Positions 1 through 12,700 of a DNA stretch of 64,000 bases are shown piece by piece. The position numbers were made by a program, and so were the translations under genes. Origin of the DNA: Macrostomum lignano (Eukaryota); NCBI GenBank assembly GCA_002269645.1, contig NIVC01000412.1, forward strand, positions 558,001-622,000, read 5' to 3'. Within the stretch, counting starts at the first letter, position 1. The number at the start of each line of letters is the position of its first letter. Below the pieces are notes generated by a model. The model did not search any database and was not told where the DNA came from. It worked only from the letters and a program-made list of their open reading frames with translations.

Positions 1-211
1 TTGTCCCCCACCCTACCTTGGGAGTCGTTGTGGTAATCAATAATTTTTCTTCAGGGCGCCAAAACGAGTGCCTGCGGCGCCAAAATGAGTGCCTGCGGCG
101 CTAAAAGGAATGCCTGCGGCGTCAAAATGAGTGCCAAAATTTAGTCATGTACATTTACATGTTGAATTCTTGGCATTGTCCCCCACCATAAAATCCATGG
201 CGACGCCCCTG
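1..211. mobile_element. 3' part of a hAT-like MITE (family also at 39000-39325)
   Basis: Ends in tggcgacgcccctg (198-211), preceded by accataaaatcca. Internal ~21-bp repeats (gcgccaaaacgagtgcct) match the complete copy at 39000-39325. Confidence 0.7.
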
Positions 212-362
212 GTGCCAGCATTAGCTGGGGTAATTGAGGCTGTGTGTGGCGACCTCCCAGTTCATGGACTGAACAGCCGTACGCAGCCTTCAGATGCGCC
301 GCGCAATAGCAGCGGCTGAGCTGTCGGTTGCACATCTGCCCATTAGGACAAGTGTAATAAAG
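212..362 (+). mobile_element. 5'-truncated SINE fragment (same family as 40821-41140)
   Basis: gtgccagcattagctggg...ggttgcacatctg aligns nearly base-for-base with about 40977-41125. Confidence 0.8.
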
Positions 363-493
363 TATTACCGTGGTATGCGAAATAATTAAGCACCACTTCT
401 TGTTAAATTAACATACACACGAAAGTTTTTAGTAAAATAAACGACAAGATTTTCTACTTTTTGGACACCTCTCATATCCTATCTCACTAATAT

Positions 494-832
494 CTAATCT
501 ATAATCTCTATCTCTAATTTCTTTTCCTCAACCTGATTGGGCAGCAGTTTAGAATGTTTTTCCTGCCGAGACTGTGGGTGCGGCAATGCACTTTCCAGCT
601 CGTACTTTGGCCAAATGTTTCTTTGAAGCAGAAAGCAAGCTCTCTTTGACAGCTCTGCAGCATGATTGATCGCTTCAGTCGCGACTCTCGAAAGTCCTGC
701 CTGGGCTATCGGGTTACTGTAGGCTGCGCCGAGATTCTCAGGTTCCAAACGTTTGCCGAGTTCGAGACCGATTTTGTTTACACGTTTGATTTTTTGTAAG
801 ACACAACAGTAGAAGTACTTAATTACGGGAAA
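494..832 (-). CDS. possible internal or terminal exon, weakly RGS-like
   Basis: Stop-free frame after a candidate ccgacag acceptor. The segment AELSKRACFLLQRNIWPKY loosely resembles the RGS C-terminal helix (LMxxDSYPRF). Splicing is not resolved. Confidence 0.25.
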   Translation of the reverse strand, partial: FPVIKYFYCCVLQKIKRVNKIGLELGKRLEPENLGAAYSNPIAQAGLSRVATEAINHAAELSKRACFLLQRNIWPKYELESALPHPQSRQEKHSKLLPNQVEEKKLEIEIID

Positions 833-1135
833 CTGTCGGGCATTGGATGCACTTTAGTGTGTAATACCTTTCTAGATTTTGCCAACCGGATACTTCGATT
901 CGAATTGGTCTAATAGAGGAAGTTTTAGAAACTTCACTGTGTTACTATGAGTATTTTCATTTAATATGATGGATAGAAGATTCATAGGTGGAATTGCGGA
1001 TTCAACTTTTTCTTTGTTACTACTTCAAGTATTGAAAGTAGCAATATAAGCCTATTGTAGCTTTGATTAAAAAATGACTGAAAAGAATCAAAACGATACA
1101 ACAGACAGACACTAATACGGACGCTTGGCAAGACA

Positions 1136-1990
1136 TTGAGACAGACACTGAGACAGGCACTAAGACAGGCACTGAGACAGACACTGAGACAGACACTGAG
1201 ACAGACACTGAGACAGACACTAAGACAGGCACTGAGACAGGCACTAAGACAGACACTGAGACAGGCACTGAGACAGGCACTGAGACAGGCACTGAGACAG
1301 GCACTGAGACAGGCACTGAGACAGGCACTAAGACAGACACTGAGACAGGCACTGAGACAGACACTGAGACAGACACTGAGACAGGCACTAAGACAGGCAC
1401 TGAGACAGACACTGAGACAGGCACTAAGACAGGCACTGAGACAGACACTGAGACAGGCACTAAGACAGACACTGAGACAGGCACTGAGACAGACACTGAG
1501 ACAGACACTGAGACAGACACTAAGACAGACACTGAGACAGGCACTAAGACAGACACTGAGACAGACACTGAGACAGGCACTGAGACAGGCACTGAGACAG
1601 GCACTGAGACAGGCACTGAGACAGGCACTGAGACAGGCACTGAGACAGGCACTAAGACAGACACTGAGACAGGCACTGAGACAGGCACTGAGACAGGCAC
1701 TAAGACAGACACTGAGACAGGCACTGAGACAGGCACTGAGACAGGCACTAAGACAGGCACTGAGACAGGCACTGAGACAGACACTGAGACAGGCACTGAG
1801 ACGGGCACTGAGACAGGCACTGAGACAGGCACTGAGACAGGCACTGAGACAGGCACTGAGACAGGCACTAAGACAGACACTAAGACAGGCACTGAGACAG
1901 GCACTGAGACAGGCACTAAGACAGGCACTGAGACAGGCACTGAGACAGGCACTAAGACAGGCACTGAGACAGGCACTGAGACAGGCACTG
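1136..1990. repeat. 12-bp minisatellite (acaggcactgag)n
   Basis: Direct tandem array of about 70 units with g/a variants. The long ORFs across it are artefacts. Confidence 0.97.
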
Positions 1991-2468
1991 TAAGACATGC
2001 CATGCATGCGCATTGCATCCATACACGTCAGGATAGATCGAAAAAGAGAATCATTTGTGGCAAGAAAACATTTTTCGGTACGGCACGACTTTACGCCAGC
2101 TTACCGGCAGACAGACAATTTTATTCCCGTAATCCCTCGACAGTAGGGATTTAGAAATATCTTTAATCCACCTCTTTAGTCAGCTGCTAATCCTCCCTTA
2201 GTACAAACGCCAAATCACTTGGTCAGACACAAGAAGAAACCTGACAGATTTTGTTGACTGAAATGCTTTGAATTTCTGCTTCTGGTTGTCAAGCGGATGG
2301 CGAAAATCTGCGGATTAGTGGATTAACATCCTAAACAAGCGGCCCAGTCTTCAGGGCACGAGTTTATCCTCAGTTTTATAAATATTATGTTCTAATACGC
2401 TTGTAAGCTAGAAAAACAAGGTTTTAATTCGATGCAATCGTCGAAAATTGGGCTTCACTGTCTCAGAT

Positions 2469-3640
2469 AGGGCGCCGCTGCCTTAAATTGGGCGCCGCTG
2501 CCTTAAATTGGGCGCCGCTGCCTAAAATTGGGCGCCGCTGCCTTAAATTGGGCGCCGCTGCCTTAAATTGGGCGCCGCTGCCTTAAATTGGGCGCCGCTG
2601 CCTTAAATTGGGCGCCGCTGCCTTAAATTGGGCGCCGCTGCCTTAAATTGGGCGCCGCTGCCTTAAATTGGGCGCCGCTGCCTTAAATTGGGCGCCACTG
2701 CCTAAAATTTCGCGCCACTGCCTAAAATTGGGCGCCGCTGCCTTAAATTGGACGCCGCTGCCTTAAATTGGGCGCCGCTGCCTTAAATTGGGCGCCACTG
2801 CCTTAAATTGGGCGCCGCTGCCTTAAATTGGGCGCCACTGCCTTAAATTGGGCGCCGCTGCCTTAAATTGGGCACCGCTGCCTTAAATTGGGCGCCACTG
2901 CCTAAAATTGGGCGCCGCTGTCTAAAATTTCGCGCCACTGCCTAAAATGATGCGCCACTGCCTAAAATTGGGCGCCACTGTCTAAAATTGGGCGCCACTG
3001 TCTAAAATTTAGCGCCACTGTCTAAAATTGGGCGCCGCTGCCTTAAATTGGGCGCCGCTGCCTTAAATTGGGCGCCGCTGCCTTAAATTGGGCGCCGCTG
3101 CCTAAAATTGGGCGCCGCTGTCTAAAATTTCGCGCCACTGCCTAAAATGATGCGCCACTGCCTAAAATTGGGCGCCACTGTCTAAAATTGGGCGCCACTG
3201 TCTAAAATTTAGCGCCACTGTCTTAAATTGAGCGCCACTGCCTAAAATTGGGCGCCACTGTCTAAAATTTGGCGCCACTGTCTTAAATTGGGCGCCGCTG
3301 CCTAAAATGATGCGCCACTGCCTCAAATTACCAGGTATGCGCCACTGTCTAAAATTGGGCGCCACTGTCTCATATTGGGCGCCGCTGCCTAAAATTAAGC
3401 GCCAAAGCCTTAAATTTGGCGCCATTACATAAAATTGGGCGCCGCTGCCTAAAATTTGCGTGCCACTGCCTAAAATTGGGCGCCCCTGCCTAAAATTGGG
3501 CGCCACTGCCTAAAATTGGGCGCCGCTGCCTAAAATTGGGCGCCACTGCCTAAAATTTGGCGCCACTGTCTCAAATTGGGCGCCGCTGCCTAAAATGATG
3601 CGCCTCTGTCTAGAATTTGGCGCCACTGCTTGAAATTAAG
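2469..3640. repeat. 20-bp minisatellite (gggcgccgctgccttaaatt)n
   Basis: Tandem array. A variant block at 2921-3020 recurs at 3121-3220 (200-bp higher-order duplication). Confidence 0.95.
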
Positions 3641-3940
3641 CGTCACTTTCTTTGATTAGAATTTGATCGTCCATTTCGAATAGAGGAACTTTTCCGGACC
3701 ACCAATATCCGACACCCAAATCTGATTGTGGCTAACAGAATCAATGTTAGGAGTCGATATTCTGAAACCGTCTTTGATTGATGGCAACAGTCGAGCAATG
3801 GAAAGCCAGTAGGTTAGAGATAACCTCAAGTCCTCACATCATTGAATTACCAATTTTTGAAACTCGATTGCACATGTAAATTATGCATTATGATCCCCGT
3901 GTACTGATTTCCTTCATGGATAGCGAAACGGCAAAAAGTT

Positions 3941-4703
3941 GAATCCCAGATCCCCGATCCCAGATCCCCGATCCCAGATCCCCGATCCCAGATCCCCGAT
4001 CCCAGATCCCCGATCCCCGATCCCCGATCCCCGATCCCCGATCCCAGATCCCCGATCCCCGATCCCCGATCCCAGATCCCCGATCCCAGATCCCCGATCC
4101 CCGATCCCCGATCCCCGATCCCAGATCCCCGATCCCCGATCCCCGATCCCAGATCCCCGATCCCAGATCCCCGATCCCAGATCCCCGATCCCAGATTCCC
4201 GATCCCAGATTCCCGATCCCAGATCCCCGATCCCAGATCCCCGATCCCAGATCCCCGATCCCAGATCCCCGATCCCAGATCCCCAATCCCAGATCCCCGA
4301 TCCCAGATCCCCGATCCCAGATCCCAGATCCCAGATCCCCGATCCCAGATCCCCGATCCCAGATCCCCGATCCCAGATCCCCGATCCCAGATCCCCGATC
4401 CCAGATCCCCGATCCCAGATCCCTGATCCCAGATCCCCGATCCCAGATCCCCGATCCCAGATCCCCGATCCCAGATCCCCGATCCCAGATCCCCGATCCC
4501 ATATCCCCGATCCCAGATCCCCGATCCCATATCCCCGATCCCAGATCCCCGATCCCAGATCCCCGATCCCAGATCCCCGATCCCAGATCCCCGATCCCAG
4601 ATCCCCGATCCCAGATCCCCGATCCCAGATCCCCGATCCCAGATCCCCGATCCCAGATCCCCGATCCCAGATCCCTGATCCCAGATCCCCGATCCCAGAT
4701 CCC
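3941..4703. repeat. 7/14-bp minisatellite (gatcccagatcccc)n, intronic
   Basis: Tandem array starting about 20 bp beyond the gtgagc donor of the minus-strand exon. Confidence 0.97.
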
Positions 4704-4722
4704 GCGGAACCCATCTGCTCAC

Positions 4723-4965
4723 AGTATGTCGCGCCTCGCAGTTGCCAGCCGCCGCGCCATCGCACGCCTGACTGCCGTGCTGCAAGCTGAGCAGCTTCCT
4801 CAGCGGACTTCGCGGTGTCATTCGACCGTCGTGCTCTTCAGACTCGACCTCGATCAGGGTCGAAGATGGGGTGATCTGGTGCAGCGGTGACCGGCTCTGG
4901 CTTCTCAGAGGCTGCTGCTGGGATCTGCACCGACCGAAATCGCGAATTCTTTGTTCTGAGTTCCT

Positions 4966-4996
<31 letters not shown>

Positions 4997-5076
4997 AAAA
5001 ACAGCCGTTTGAGTCTGCTCAGCCAGACCCTGCCCTCGGCTGCCGGGTTTCGAAAGCTGCCCGACTTTCTCGTCAT
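4723..5076 (-). CDS. probable first coding exon of a protein with an N-terminal cysteine string (9 Cys)
   Basis: ATG at 5076, GC-rich codons, MTRKSGSF...LFFCCCCCCCCCGRNSE...RHT, then a GTGAGC donor (phase 0). GC-rich upstream region with a GC box near 5665. Confidence 0.55.
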
Positions 5077-5899
5077 CAACTCGGGTTAGTCGGATGAGAC
5101 GGCTGGATGAGAAAAGCGCATTTCAGGGAACTCAATGTCCCATTTAACCAAGAATGATTCTTCCTATTTTTTTCGCTGGGAAAAAGAAAGAGAGAGAGAA
5201 AAGTCTGGGGATCGAATGGGGCAGGAGAGGCCGGACCGCCCAATCCTTGGTCAGCTTGCCCACTGGTCCCCAATGGCCAACTCCCGGTTGTCTCCCGTCT
5301 TTTCTCCTCGTTTCCCCTTCCCTTTTGCCTCCCCCGCCCCCTCTCAGCAGGGAGGCACGCGCTTTAACGTGTGCCCGCGCGCGCGCGTCAAGTGCGCAGC
5401 ATCGGAGTCTCGAATTTGGTTGCTATGAGGGGGTGCGGAGGCTGTGGCGTGGGGGACTTTGATGAGGAAAAGAGCGAGAGAGTGAGAGGATGAGAGGAGA
5501 ATCAAGTGGCTGATTTGTTAGTGAATAATGCGCCTGACAGTGTATATCAATTGAGAAGGACGCAGCTCCCAGACAGTAGTTAATCGAGCCGGATTAAGGG
5601 CTCCAAGCGCAGGTTGGGAGTGCATTATTTCTAGTAGAAATTCTCTCGTCTCTGGAAAAGAAAAGGGCGGGGCAATCCACACGGGGAGGATCCCGCACTG
5701 GGGCTGGTCAAGACTGACTGCAGTCTGCCCAAGACGTAAACAGTTCCACCTTTTTTGCCCAGAAATTGCGTCTTGTGCATGCACGGTGCCAGATTGCCTG
5801 CTTGCTACCATGCGCAAAAGCACTTGTGGCTGCTTACATTATATTTGACCAGTTATGTTGCCTTCTGCCTAGCTATAAGCTCCTGCTTTATACTTCTTC

Positions 5900-6405
5900 G
5901 CATCCCCATCCTCCCATCTTTCACTTCCCCTCTCCCTCTTCCTCTCTCCCTCTTCCCCTCTCCCTCTTCCCACCTCCCACTTCCCATCTCCCTCTTCCCC
6001 TCTCCCTCTTCCCCTCTCCCTCTTCCCCTCTCCCTCTTCCTCTCTCCGTCTTCCCATCTCTCTCTTCCCCTCTCCCTCTTCCCCTCTCCCTCTTCCCCTC
6101 TCCCTCTTCCCACCTCCCACTTCCCATCTCCCTCTTCCCCTCTCCCTCTTCCTCTCTCCGTCTTCCCCTCTCCGTCTTCCCATCTCCCTCTTCCCCTCTC
6201 CCTCTTCCCACCTCCCACTTCCCATCTCCCTCTTCCCACCTCCCTCTTCCTCTCTCCCTCTTCCCCTCTCCGTCTTCCCCCTCCGTCTTCCCCTCTCCGT
6301 CTTCCCATCTCCGTCTTCCCCTCTCCGTCTTCCCATCTCCCTCTTCCCATCTCCCTCTTCCCATCTCCCTCTTCCCATCTCCCTCTTCCCATCTTCCCTT
6401 CACTT
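5900..6405. repeat. polypyrimidine/polypurine tract, ~15-bp (cttcccctctccct)-type units
   Basis: About 500 bp almost entirely C/T on the + strand. Confidence 0.95.
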
Positions 6406-6895
6406 TTACCCCCTCATCATTTTTTCCTCAAGCTTTCAAGCAGCTTTTACTATTCAGTTTTGCAGTATTTAACCTTTAATCCAGCAGTTTGGTTCACTTT
6501 TCTGTAGAAAGCCCAGAGAGTTCACTCTCGCCCGTGTCATTCAGCCCGGGTAATAACAGAGCACTTGAGCTTGAGCAGCCCCCGCTTCTAAAAGCGTGGG
6601 TGGAAAGTCTTCTGTTTGTAGTCTTCAAAACTTGCCACGCACCCTTCTCAGTTGTGCTCAGGAAGTTCTCTCCCTCGCGCTCTCTCTACTGCATAGCAAC
6701 AATCTTCTTGGCGGAACCGGCTTTCACTTATGCGGAAAAAATTGGGAATAAAATACAGGAGCAGACGAGGGTCAAGGTCTGCGGCCTGTTCGCGATTTCT
6801 CGCTATTGCTGCACTGCACTGTACGGTGTGCGTGCGAGTGGCTGCTGGCGATCGTGTCTTTACTCTCTGTCTGCTCTGTCTGCTCTGTCTGCTTG

Positions 6896-7436
<541 letters not shown>

Positions 7437-9707
7437 AATATTTAATGCATTTATTTATTTTAGAAAAGATATATAAGTTTATTCACGTAGATCTATAGCT
7501 TCAAATAACAATTTCTGTAGATGGTACGCAGTGTACCATGAACACGCGCAAGAAGAGTATCTGGCCTGTCCTTTTCAGGCCCTTCCACTTTCTATTTCTT
7601 CTTTTACTAGAGGACACACCTGATTGAGCAGAAGCAATTGGAGCGCATGTATGGCAGGCTTAGAGAGCTGCTGAGAGTAGAGAAAGCATCCTAAATTTCG
7701 TTTACTTTCTTTGCTCGTTTCGCTGAACTGATTTTACCGAAGCGAATCAACAAGTGCAGAGAAAGATGCTTTGTACTATTGGTAGCTGTCCACACGTGGG
7801 ACTTAGGTGATAAGATGGGACTTTACAAGTCGATAAGATGGGACTTTACAAGTCGATAAGATGGGGTTTACGAGACGATAAGATGAGACTTTGCAAGTAC
7901 TTAGGTGGGACTTTGCAGAGGTGCCAAGAATGTACAGTTGTGTACATAAGCCATAACGATTGTGGATGGAGACTAATAATGCCGAGATTTGGGCATGCCA
8001 GCCCTAGCGAGCCGCCAAGTTCGTCCCTGCTCAACATTGTTGTGAACCAATTTTCTTCGTCGCAAGCAAAATTGTGTCGCAGTGCTGTCAAGCATTGAGA
8101 GAGAGTGGAAAAGTTGCTTTGCTTATTACTGGTCATATCGGTGCAAGGGCTTCAGTCTGCCATGGCCTGCTCGCATACATATATGGCTAGTTAAATGAAT
8201 CCCCAAAACTCGGCGCTGAGCTCAGGGGAGGCTGAGGAGTGCGTGCCCATGCTTTGCAGGACGAGAAGATTCACTTTGCTGGAAAAATTTTCTTGCTGCA
8301 GCTAGCTTAGCTATAGTATACGATGTAGTTTTTCGGCCGATGAATTCGAGTGAAGTCGAGTTGATATACAAGGTGTACTACTAATTGTATACAAGCGTGT
8401 AAACTACATATATATATTGGCAAAATCAAGCTGCATGCTTATAGCTGCAAGTAGGGAGCTTTCTTATTTCACACTGAGAATGTAACGAAGTCTGATATAT
8501 AGAATATATACAGTACAAGGTGGCAATTTTACATGTCGCATGGTACTGTCTGGTACTCGTTGTATAATGAGCATTTGTAAGTTCTTTGAGAATTATTATT
8601 ATAAAACAATTCTGAAGCAATTTTTTGCTACCCTGTGATACCGTCTTCTCCAGATCCATGTTTTAGCTAGTTATTTAGTTTCAATGCTGGTTTAATTTTC
8701 CACGTTAACAAAAATTTCTGTATTAATAGTTTTTTGAATAAACTGTATAGATTTTGCTAATTTTTTGTCAACACATTATGACACTTTGTTATAGTTAGTT
8801 TACAATAACAACGAAGTGAATTTATTACCGATTCAATTTACTCTTTCAGAAGCTATTATATTGTAAAATAAATAGCCAAAGTTACAATTGTCAATGCGTC
8901 GAGTTGTCGTTGAGCTCATGATCTGAGCATATGCTGTTCGAAATCAGATATTAGATATCAGATATTATTGTCAGTTAATAATTTCTTGCCAAATTGCATC
9001 AGGTTTAGCGCCATTTATGCACATTAAATTTCTCACTCTGTCGTCATTGTAATTTGTGAATTATGTTATCAAATGTCATTAGGTGCCCCTTGTACAATAT
9101 TATGGAATAGCAAGTCATTACTTTTTATTTTCATTAGCATTGTATATGATATTTTAGTGGCTACAATTATGCAACTATATTCATTTTTAATTGTTGTAAA
9201 CTCTTTGATAACCAAAATTTCGAAAAACGTGATACTCTGATAAACTAGCTTCTCAGGGAATCTATTTTATACATGTAAATAAGTTTAAGACCCAACTAGA
9301 TTGATTGGAACTGAAAAAATTACCAAATTTACTAGAATGAAAACTAATAAAATACAAAAGTAATCATATTATGAATAAAGTCTACTGACTGAAAGTTATG
9401 AAGTTGTTTATTATCACCTTAACTTCATTTATGCTGAAGTTTGATAAATTCATAATATGAAACTATTTATTATTTAGTTGATAAAATATGGGATAAGAAT
9501 TGAGTTAAAAAAATTGATGATTTTTTCACTTTAGAGTAAACATTGAAAAATTCTATTAAAACCTCAGCTTTTCACTTTTTCAAAATTTTTAATGGCATAT
9601 AAATAAAAATTAGAGTTGCCTTTTTATAAGGCTTTCTTATACTTGAAAAAAATAATTCTTCATTTCTTTTAAATTTAAACAAAATAAATTTAATTTAACT
9701 CAAACCA

Positions 9708-12700
9708 ATGCATGCCATGTCTGACGCAATTGACATTGTGGCGGCCAATAACAAAAGCGCCGCGGCGCACATCCCGCAAGCCATTGCCGAAGCCGACGAG
9801 ACTGAAGCGGAAGCCACCGATGGCGAGGAACAGAGACCGCGGGAGGATGCGGATGCTGCAGTCAAGCAACCGGAAGAAGCTGACGCAGATGATCCATTAC
9901 CGGTACAGGAAGCTGAGCGGCCAGTTGAAGATTCGTCATCAGACGAGGAGGATTTCCGACCGCCAGCCATCTCCGACCAGCTGAAAATCGGCAAGCACAG
10001 CGGAGACCGCGCCACCAACACTGACAGCAGCGAGATCCGGCCGTTGAACGAGCTGACGGCGTCTCTGCTGGCGCTGAGGGCTCGGGCAGCCGAGCTCAAA
10101 CGAGAATTCGGACTCACCAGCGGCTACCTGCAGGTAAATTGGTTTTAATAAATTGTCTCTGCTCATAGAGTCAGGTCATTTGCTGTTTATCATCACTCTT
10201 TGCTCATATAGTCAGGTCATTTGCTGTGCATCATTATTTTTGCTCATTTGCTCAAGGTTATTCACCTCTCATAGGTCACTCACTGCTTCTAGAATGCTGT
10301 AAATCACCTCTGACAGTTTATTCACAGTTCATAAAAAGTCAGTTCATCAACCGCTCATAAACTATGACCGCACGGTCATACAGGCCCAACTGGAAGAAGA
10401 GATCCGAGGCCGGGCGGTGAACCTGCAGGCGCACATGAACGAGCAGATTAACAGGCTCGAGAGGTCCTACGTTAAACAGCTGGACAGAGCGCGGAAGGCG
10501 CATCGGGCGGAGATGGATGAAGCAGTGATCAAGGTGAGAAAATTATGAGATTGCTCTCAGACCGTTGCAAGAAAAATCTTCTTATTCTGTAAGCCAGGAG
10601 CTCCTCCTCAATTTTATTGAAACAAGCGCCTCTTTGTTTAAACTGGCGCCATTTCATTTAAATAGGCTCCTCTTTGTTTAAACTGGCGCAATTATATTTA
10701 AACAAGCTCCTTTTTGTTTAAACTGGCGCCATTTCATTTAAATAGGCTTCTCTTTGTTTAAACTGGCGCCATTATATTTAAATAAGCTCCTATTTGTTTA
10801 AACTGGCGCCATTATATTTAAATAGGCTCCTATTTGTTTAAACTGGTGCCATTTCATTTGAATAGGCTTCTCTTTGTTTAAACTGGCGCTGTTATATTTA
10901 AATAAGCTCCTATTTGTTTAAACTGGCGCCATTATATTTAAATAGGCTCCTATTTGTTTAAACTGGTGCCATTTCATTTGAATAGGCTCCTCTTTGTTTA
11001 AACTGGCGCCATTTCATTTAAATAGGCTCCTCTTTGTTTAAACTGGCGCCATTTCATTTAAATAGGCTCCTCTTTGTTTAAACTGGTGCCTGCCTGCCGT
11101 ATTTAAACTGACAGCCTTGTACTGATGCCTTTATGCTTAAATTTGGCATCGTTGTAATTGCTTGCATGCAGTAGAATTTTGCCTAGTGTCGATTTCTCTC
11201 ATTGCTAGAATGTATCTGAACCTTCTTTGTAAACATATCGATCAATTTTAACTCAAATTTAAAGAACCAAAAAGCAATTAAACAATTCAAATTTCAAGCA
11301 AATATTTTTGCACGCGAAATAGCAAATGAAGAAAATTATCTGAAAGCAAAAATAACCCGGCCGAAGTGAAACAACTGAACTGAAACAATTCAAATTAACA
11401 AATTGATCATTTGTTTTGTTTAAACGCGTCTGCGCGACGCTCTGTGCTTTTCAGGCGCATAGGCCTTGAGCTGGTCTTTCAGTTTAGCAAACGTTGGTCT
11501 CTTCTCTGGGCTGGCACTCCAGCAGTCCAGCATGATTTGGTACAGGCTGGGGTCGCACCGGATGTGCCCACCGTGCGGATTCGGCATCCGGTAGCCCTTG
11601 GAGACCAGCTCGACCGCCTCGCGGTTCTGCAGGCCCTGATAGGGCACGCCGCCGTAGGTGACGAACTCCCACATCACCACGCCGAACGACCAGACGTCGG
11701 ACTTGGCGGTGAACCTGCCTTTCGTCACGGCCTCGGACGGTGTCCACTTAGCTGGGAACTTCTCGCCTTGGCCGGTGTACAACCCGGCGTCGTCCAGCTC
11801 GCGAGCCAGCCCGAAGTCGGCCAGCTTCACTCTCGCGTCGTCGCCGACAAGGACGTTGGCGGCACGCAGATCCCGGTGGACAATTCGCAGACTCTCCAGG
11901 TGGGCCATGGCCTCCACCAGCTGCATCATCATACGCAGGAGGTGCTCAATGTTCAGCAGGACGCCTTTGTCTTTGCGCAGATAGTTCAGCAGGGAGCCGT
12001 TGGCCATGAGCTCCGTGACGATGTACAGCGGCTCTCGGTCGGTGCAAACACCCATGATTTGCAGCACATGCGGATGGTGAGCCTTCAGCAGCAGGCGCGC
12101 CTCCTGGATGAAGTTCTGCTCAGCCTCCATGTTTGGCTTGAGAGTTTTCACCGCCACGAAGATGGAGTTGTTCCACTTGGCCTGGTGCACCTCGCTGAAC
12201 GAGCCGTGGCCGATAACTTCCAACAGGACGAAGCAGTCTCGGTTCACCTCGAGCTGGCTGAGGTCCGCTGGAGGCGGCGGTGGAGGCTGCGGGTACGGCT
12301 TCAGCAGCTTGCAGGCCATGCCGTCCGCAGTCTGTGCGTAGTGAGCAAGCAGCTCGCCGACAGAGTGGAAGGTGACCTCCGGCGAGATGCAGAACAGCCC
12401 GGCGGATGTGATGGACATTCGATAGTGCTGCACTGAGTAGAAGTTGGGCTTGGTGAGGTGCTTCACTCGGAGGCTGATGGAGTAGCAGCCAACTGAGCAG
12501 GGCCTGAGCACGAACAGGCCCTCTGGCAGGCCCGGCTGGAGCAGCAGTTTGTCAGCCTCCGACCGGGTGATCTCCATCCAGCCCGGCTGCTGGGTCACTT
12601 CCGCGTTGTTCAACAGGACGTAGTTGCTGGGCACGTAGCCCAGCTTGTTGCCCCGGTGCCGTCTGGCGTACCACCAGCCTTTGCTGAGGTCGCTGATGAT

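Noticed and set aside
3650-3840. Minus-strand frames reading DIGGPEKF (GTPase G3-like) or GKVPLFEMDD (GST-like)
   Set aside because: Different frames give equally plausible short motifs, and none has consistent splice sites.
6560-6720. Minus-strand STHAFRSGAA resembling the tyrosine-recombinase HSFRxGAA motif
   Set aside because: The frame is short and has no downstream GRW.S or catalytic Tyr context, so it is likely chance.
11411-12436. 341-aa + strand ORF (also 42851-43342 + and similar)
   Set aside because: These are antisense shadows of GC-rich real genes on the opposite strand.
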